Shown here: piece by piece, positions 59,747 through 64,000 of the stretch
Layout of the letters: every line of letters starts with the position of its first letter
Numbering within the stretch: the first letter of the stretch is position 1
Position numbers and translations under genes: made by a program
From: Nitrospirota bacterium
Lineage (GTDB): Bacteria; Nitrospirota; Nitrospiria; 2-01-FULL-66-17
Length of the DNA: 64,000 nt
Assembly (NCBI GenBank): GCA_049325335.1
Contig: JBMOMC010000043.1
Coordinates: forward strand, 402,633-466,632
Reading direction: 5' to 3'
The notes under the pieces: model-generated
Databases searched by the model: none
What the model was told of the DNA's origin: nothing
The model's input: only the letters and a program-made list of their open reading frames with translations

Positions 59747-60919
59747 TGGTGCCGAAGGCGGGGCAACGTCCCCATTCCTGGGCGTACTCGTACCACAGTG
59801 ACGCTCGGAATGTAAAGCCACGAGCCATGTCCAAAGAAGGTACGTCTTACGTAGCCCGACTGGTGCGGTCGACCGGGATGCCCGCGTCTGCGATTACCGG
59901 CCCGAATCGAAGTCACGATTTACTACCCACAACTATTGTTTCGCTGATTTGGGAGGCCAAAATCTCAACCGAAAGAGCATCCACCGATGATACCAGTGCC
60001 ACGTTTGGCCAGAAAACCATTTCTTGATCGTATACGAAACTGGGTGGTAGTCCCCTCGTTTGAATGGGCGGTAATGGAGCAAATTGGGAAAGATCCGGTA
60101 TCGGTTTACAGCCGGAATGATCTCGATGTGCACAAAATAAGAAAACACACCATTGAATAATAGTGGCGCTCTACTCCAGCGCCGAACAACCGCGTCTGTG
60201 TGGAACTGTGAATCGAACCATTGAAATAAGAAATCCGGCTCATTTGGGCAGAAGACTCTCCGTACATCTTTGTGGTCGTAAGCCGTTGACTTGGTCCCAT
60301 CAGGCAAGAATTCGGTCGGTCCAGCAACAAGTCTCCGGCGTTCCGCAACTTCAAACGTTTTGGTCGCCCCGTCATTACTGACAACAACCGCGAATCGCTC
60401 CCCCGGCGGAGGGAAGTAGCTGGACTCGTTCCCAAAAGGCACCAAAGACCAACCGAGTTCACTATCGTGCTTGATCGGGACAAAGATGACGCGGCGGAAT
60501 ATGTTCAGTTCGCTGAACTCGTAAAGGGGGATCGGTATTTCGGTGGAAGCATAACTGTAGTAATAGAGAATGTCGGCTTGCAGGTTCTTAAATTCCGAGG
60601 ATCTGTCCTTGTGTTCCCAGTCCCTGCAGATGATTTCGCTGGTAACGTAAGGCAGGGTTAAATGATGTTTCTTGCAAAAGCTGGTGTCTTCAATCCTCTC
60701 ATGATAGCGACAGATTCTACAGTCCGGGGATCCCTTCCCGTTCGGCATTTAGCTCTCCGTTCAGTGAGAAGGGTGGAAGTCGTGGTACGGTTTTACCGTC
60801 AAGGCGTGAAATAAATCGCCGGAGTGATTCATCCCGTCCCCAAGAATCCGAAACGCCTGTCGGTTGGCAACCGGGAAGGGCTTCCTACCTCCGCGGGAAG
60901 CGTTGGTGCCGAAGGGGGG
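59747..60919. mobile_element. small genomic islet at the 3' end of tRNA-Leu(GAG), bounded by an att-like direct repeat
   Basis: TGGTGCCGAAGGcGGG (59747-59762) versus TGGTGCCGAAGGgGGG (60904-60919); the interior is AT-richer. Confidence 0.65.
59933..60748 (-). CDS. hypothetical protein with N-terminal Cys motifs
   Basis: GGAGAG RBS; CRIC...FCKKH...IC; atypical AT-rich codon usage. Confidence 0.65.
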   Translation of the reverse strand: MPNGKGSPDCRICRYHERIEDTSFCKKHHLTLPYVTSEIICRDWEHKDRSSEFKNLQADILYYYSYASTEIPIPLYEFSELNIFRRVIFVPIKHDSELGWSLVPFGNESSYFPPPGERFAVVVSNDGATKTFEVAERRRLVAGPTEFLPDGTKSTAYDHKDVRRVFCPNEPDFLFQWFDSQFHTDAVVRRWSRAPLLFNGVFSYFVHIEIIPAVNRYRIFPNLLHYRPFKRGDYHPVSYTIKKWFSGQTWHWYHRWMLFRLRFWPPKSAKQ

Positions 60920-60988
60920 ATTTGAACCCCCACGGGTTGCCCCACACGCCCCTCAAACGTGCGTGTCTGCCAGTTCCACCACTTCGGC
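60904..60988 (-). tRNA. tRNA-Leu(GAG)
   Basis: GCCGAAG acceptor stem, anticodon arm CACGT-TTGAGGG-GCGTG, variable arm, GGTTCAA T-loop, encoded CCA. Confidence 0.96.
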
Positions 60989-61142
60989 CCTGCATTGCGG
61001 CGCGCGAGACGTGAGGGGGGATGTGTGGTGCCCCGCGCGTCGGCGGATTATACATCCGTCGGCCCCGGCGGTGTCAATTCGGAGTCTGGTATCGCACCGG
61101 GCCTCGATTCTGATAAAATCGACGCTCGATCGGAGAATTCTC

Positions 61143-61304
61143 ATGGCGCCGGATGAATTTGACGACATCGAACTCCCGCCGTTGGTCATCCCCAAGCGCG
61201 ACGCGCCGGAGTGCCCGTTTTGCGGCGAACCCATGTTAGCCGCGGACGGGGACTATGTGTGCGTCGACTGCAATGGAGGGAGTTACGGGCCCGAAACCGG
61301 GTAG
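61143..61304 (+). CDS. 53-aa Zn-ribbon protein
   Basis: CPFCG...CVDCNG; GGAGA RBS. Confidence 0.7.
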   Translation: MAPDEFDDIELPPLVIPKRDAPECPFCGEPMLAADGDYVCVDCNGGSYGPETG

Positions 61305-61316
61305 CCGAGGCCTCGC

Positions 61317-61898
61317 ATGACCGAGGGTTCCGGCCGGTTCTTTGTGCTGCGTGACGCGTTGCGGGGGCGGATTGATTCGCTCCACGCGAAGATCAACGCG
61401 GGGATGGAGTTCGCCCTCGATCATCTGTTCGAACACCAGATCGATCACTACTTCCGGCACGAGGAAGCGTTCGAAGAGCTCGAAGCGCTCTGTCAACGCG
61501 TGACTGCGGATTTCGAGTCGCTGGACAGCCTCGACGCGCTCAAGCGATTCGAGGCGCGGTTCGTGATTTTGGAAGATCGGTGCGAGGAGGTGGACGCGGC
61601 CTTGCGCCAACGCCCGATGCGGCGCCGGCAGCGGATCAACTTCTCCGATTTCTTCCGCCAGTCCCAGGGGGGGAATGGGAAGGCGGAGTCGTCGCAGCCC
61701 GAGGTGTCATCGTTGACCGAGGCCTACGCGATCCTCGGCGTGGAGCCCGACACCCGGCCCGCGCTGATCACGGCCATGTTTCGCAAGCTGGTCAAGGAGC
61801 TGCACCCGGACGCCAACGGCGGGGACCGCAGCCACGAGCCGCGGTTGCGTAAATTGATGGCGGCGTATCAGTTGATCAAGGCGCAGGTGGGCGGATAG
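61317..61898 (+). CDS. C-terminal J-domain protein
   Basis: AYAILGV...FRKLVKELHPDANGG...AAYQ. Confidence 0.88.
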   Translation: MTEGSGRFFVLRDALRGRIDSLHAKINAGMEFALDHLFEHQIDHYFRHEEAFEELEALCQRVTADFESLDSLDALKRFEARFVILEDRCEEVDAALRQRPMRRRQRINFSDFFRQSQGGNGKAESSQPEVSSLTEAYAILGVEPDTRPALITAMFRKLVKELHPDANGGDRSHEPRLRKLMAAYQLIKAQVGG

Positions 61899-61954
61899 CC
61901 GCGCCTACAGCCCCGCCGAATCTCGGGGGATGCCGGACCCGCGGCGCGTGAGCA

Positions 61955-62509
61955 TTACGGCGTGTGGTGAGGAATCCCGACCACGTCGTAATACCCGGCC
62001 GTGGTCAACGTCATGGTCACGGGCGCGACACCCGGGTTCTTCACCCACCAGCCGTGGGTGCCTTCAAATGACGCCACCAACGATCCGTGGCCTTGGCGGT
62101 TCTCGCTCTTTTCGTAGCTTTCAAAATAGCCGTTCGTGGCATTCTGAGGCTCGCCATGAAAGTCGTAAATCAGCGTGTCGGTCGCGGTCCAGGAGTACAA
62201 CATGGTCCCGCCGGCCACCAGCCGGAACTTATACTCGAGTCCTTGTCCGGGCTCGATGGTCAACGTGACGGTGTCCTCGCGATATTTTTGCGGCTCTGAC
62301 CGGGTGCGTTGAAAACCGCGCGCGGCCGCCCCCGCGGCTTTGGCTTTCCCGAGATCGGTCAGCCCTAGGACATCGCCCGTTCCGGTGGGGTCGAGACCGT
62401 ATTCTGCGGGCAGCACGACGCCCACCAACAACGCGAGCGCGAGGAGACACGCGACGAGCGTTGCGCGGACAATCGCCAGTTTTGACGGGGCGGTGACGGG
62501 TTGTTCCAT
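61955..62509 (-). CDS. membrane-anchored protein typically paired with HupE/UreJ
   Basis: VLPAEYGLDPTG, LEYK, YDFHGEP, FEGTHGWW. Confidence 0.8.
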   Translation of the reverse strand: MEQPVTAPSKLAIVRATLVACLLALALLVGVVLPAEYGLDPTGTGDVLGLTDLGKAKAAGAAARGFQRTRSEPQKYREDTVTLTIEPGQGLEYKFRLVAGGTMLYSWTATDTLIYDFHGEPQNATNGYFESYEKSENRQGHGSLVASFEGTHGWWVKNPGVAPVTMTLTTAGYYDVVGIPHHTP

Positions 62510-62518
62510 GCGAGCGGC

Positions 62519-63241
62519 CTATGCGGTTGAAAGGAAATATCCCACCAGTTGGTATCCCATGAGCACGAATCCTCCGATCATCAATCCCGTGTTGGTCACA
62601 AACGCGTGACGTAAAAAGCTCGGGTGTTGTCGCCAGGCGCTCAGCGCAAGCAACACCGCGGCCAGCGCCAAGACCTGCCCGATTTCCACCCCCACGTTAA
62701 AACTGATGATATTGGTCAGCAGACCGTCGGGGGAGAGTTCGAACTGTTGGAGTTTGGTGGCGAGACCGAAACCGTGAAAGAGTCCGAAGACCAACACCGC
62801 GACCTTTGTGTTCGGCTGGAATCCCAGCAACTGCTTGAACCCACCCATATTATCGAGCGCCTTGTAGACCACCGAGAGCCCGATGATGGTATCAACCAGA
62901 TATGAATCCGCGTGGACGTTCCCCAAGACCCCGACCAGCAGCGTGAGGCTGTGTCCAATGGTGAAGAGACTCACATAGAGGACGACCTCCGTCATCCGAT
63001 AGAGGAAAAAGATCACCCCCACCAGAAAGAGCAGGTGATCGTACCCGGTCACCATGTGTTTGGCGCCTAAATACAGGAATTCCGGGACGGCCGCGCCCTG
63101 ATTGGCGGCGACAAAACCAGCGTCTTCCGACGACACGCCGTGCGCCGCCGCGATGCCCGGCAGCAGAAGAGCCAGGAGCGTGATCAGCCCGGAGCAGCAC
63201 AGCGCGGGTCGGGGTGTGCGTTGCCCATGACGGTGATTCAT
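62519..63241 (-). CDS. HupE/UreJ-like metal transporter family protein
   Basis: AAAHG after the signal peptide, HMVTGYDHLLF, GHS, FGLFHGFG, FNVGVEIGQ. Confidence 0.88.
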   Translation of the reverse strand: MNHRHGQRTPRPALCCSGLITLLALLLPGIAAAHGVSSEDAGFVAANQGAAVPEFLYLGAKHMVTGYDHLLFLVGVIFFLYRMTEVVLYVSLFTIGHSLTLLVGVLGNVHADSYLVDTIIGLSVVYKALDNMGGFKQLLGFQPNTKVAVLVFGLFHGFGLATKLQQFELSPDGLLTNIISFNVGVEIGQVLALAAVLLALSAWRQHPSFLRHAFVTNTGLMIGGFVLMGYQLVGYFLSTA

Positions 63242-63330
63242 GGTCAAACCGTCTGTCCCATGGCGAGGAGTCTCGTTCGGTCGGCTCTGGCGAGTGGCGT
63301 GTTCACGGGTCGTGCCCAGGGGAAAGCCGG

Positions 63331-63351
63331 GGCAACCTTCTAAAGGTTGCC
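63331..63351. promoter_or_regulatory. 9-bp inverted repeat at the predicted transcription start of the HupE/UreJ operon
   Basis: GGCAACCTT-CTA-AAGGTTGCC, directly after minus-strand TTGCTA-N18-TACACT. Confidence 0.45.
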
Positions 63352-63463
63352 AAGTGTAGCGGATCGCGATGAAATTTAGCAATATGGTTGGGGCGTGATG
63401 TCGCGTATGGATCATCGTCCCGGCCATGCCGAACGCCTCACCCGTCGTGGGTCTTGCAACGCG

Positions 63464-63640
63464 ATCAGGTCACTGCTGGGCCATAAAGATCACGGCAAGT
63501 CCACGCTGATCGGTCGGTTGCCGTGCGACACCAAGACCGTCATGGCGACCGAGTGGACGACGTGCGCGCTGGGCAAACCGTTGATACGCGTTCTTCCTGG
63601 GCAGTTTTCAGCAGGAGCGCGAGGACGGGATGACCATCAC
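63464..63640 (+). pseudogene. CysN/translational-GTPase N-terminal remnant
   Basis: GHKDHGKSTLIGRL (G1 box), then after a frameshift YAFFLGSFQQEREDGMTI (G2 box); truncated. Confidence 0.7.
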
Positions 63641-63875
63641 GCGAATGATTGGGATTGTAAATTGCCAGGTGTCGTTAGTCGAGTTCGAGCGTGAGCGCTG
63701 ACCATCCGCCAGGATCTGCCTCAAGCATCTGGTGCCAGTCCGACGTTTGAAGCCCCGGGGTTTGTTCAGGCGTGAAAAGGTCCACCCCGAGATACGACGC
63801 CAGGACGGTGACAGCGGATCTATCGGGTGAAGGCCAATCTCTTTGCGGAAAGTAATCGAGGTGCGCTCTGCCCAA
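63639..63875 (-). pseudogene. ImmA/IrrE-like metallopeptidase remnant
   Basis: LASYLGV...DPGGWSALTL.. then an in-frame TAA then RHLAIYNPNHS; the HExxH part is missing. Confidence 0.55.
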
Positions 63876-64000
63876 GAGTCAATCCCATTTTTAGTTGAGA
63901 TTCGATCGCGGCTCCTGTGTGATCCCTATGCTGCGTGCACGGTGGTCTCGGTGGCCGAGGCCGCTCGCCGGAGCAAGGCGGCCCGCAACTGGGGCAAGGC
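63876..64000 (-). mobile_element. probable right end of an IS256-type element (partial)
   Basis: Minus-strand ORF tail ALPQLRAALL...HAA* (stop at 63926-63928) followed by ...TCAACTAAAAATGGGATTGACTC, ending where the ImmA-like remnant begins. Family call is from memory of IS256 ends. Confidence 0.45.

Noticed and set aside
63242..63330. Cobalamin riboswitch before HupE/UreJ
   Set aside because: Only scattered short matches (GCCACT, GAGAC); the leader is too short and lacks the GGGAA core.

Overview
High-GC bacterial chromosomal window, mostly housekeeping genes. Gene content and order suggest Nitrospirota or a Deltaproteobacteria-like lineage (inference only). Core genes: maf, dus, surA-like, mfd, rfaE2, gmhA, rarA, 5-FTHF cyclo-ligase/folD/metF/panB, aroC, argB-hslU-hslV-xerC-trmFO, crcB, polA, ogt and two tRNA-Leu genes (CAA, GAG). 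Signalling and accessory content: a HEAT-repeat/HD-GYP pair sharing an N-terminal LYPPxH module, a REC-PAS-GAF-GGDEF-EAL protein, a PilZ protein, a HEAT-repeat gene coupled to a GT2 that has lost its catalytic motifs, a deoxyhypusine-synthase-like gene beside gmhA, and TerB, YkgJ and DUF2156 ORFs in one frame separated only by single UGA codons. Mobile or repeat content: an AT-rich cassette bounded by a 19-bp inverted repeat next to a Phd/RelE toxin-antitoxin pair, a ~1.15-kb islet at tRNA-Leu(GAG), several palindromic repeat families (some supply stop codons or are translated), and a decayed right end (cysN-like and ImmA/IrrE-like remnants plus a probable IS256-type end). No CRISPR array or rRNA was seen. 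Family calls come from motif recognition by eye; no database searches were run.
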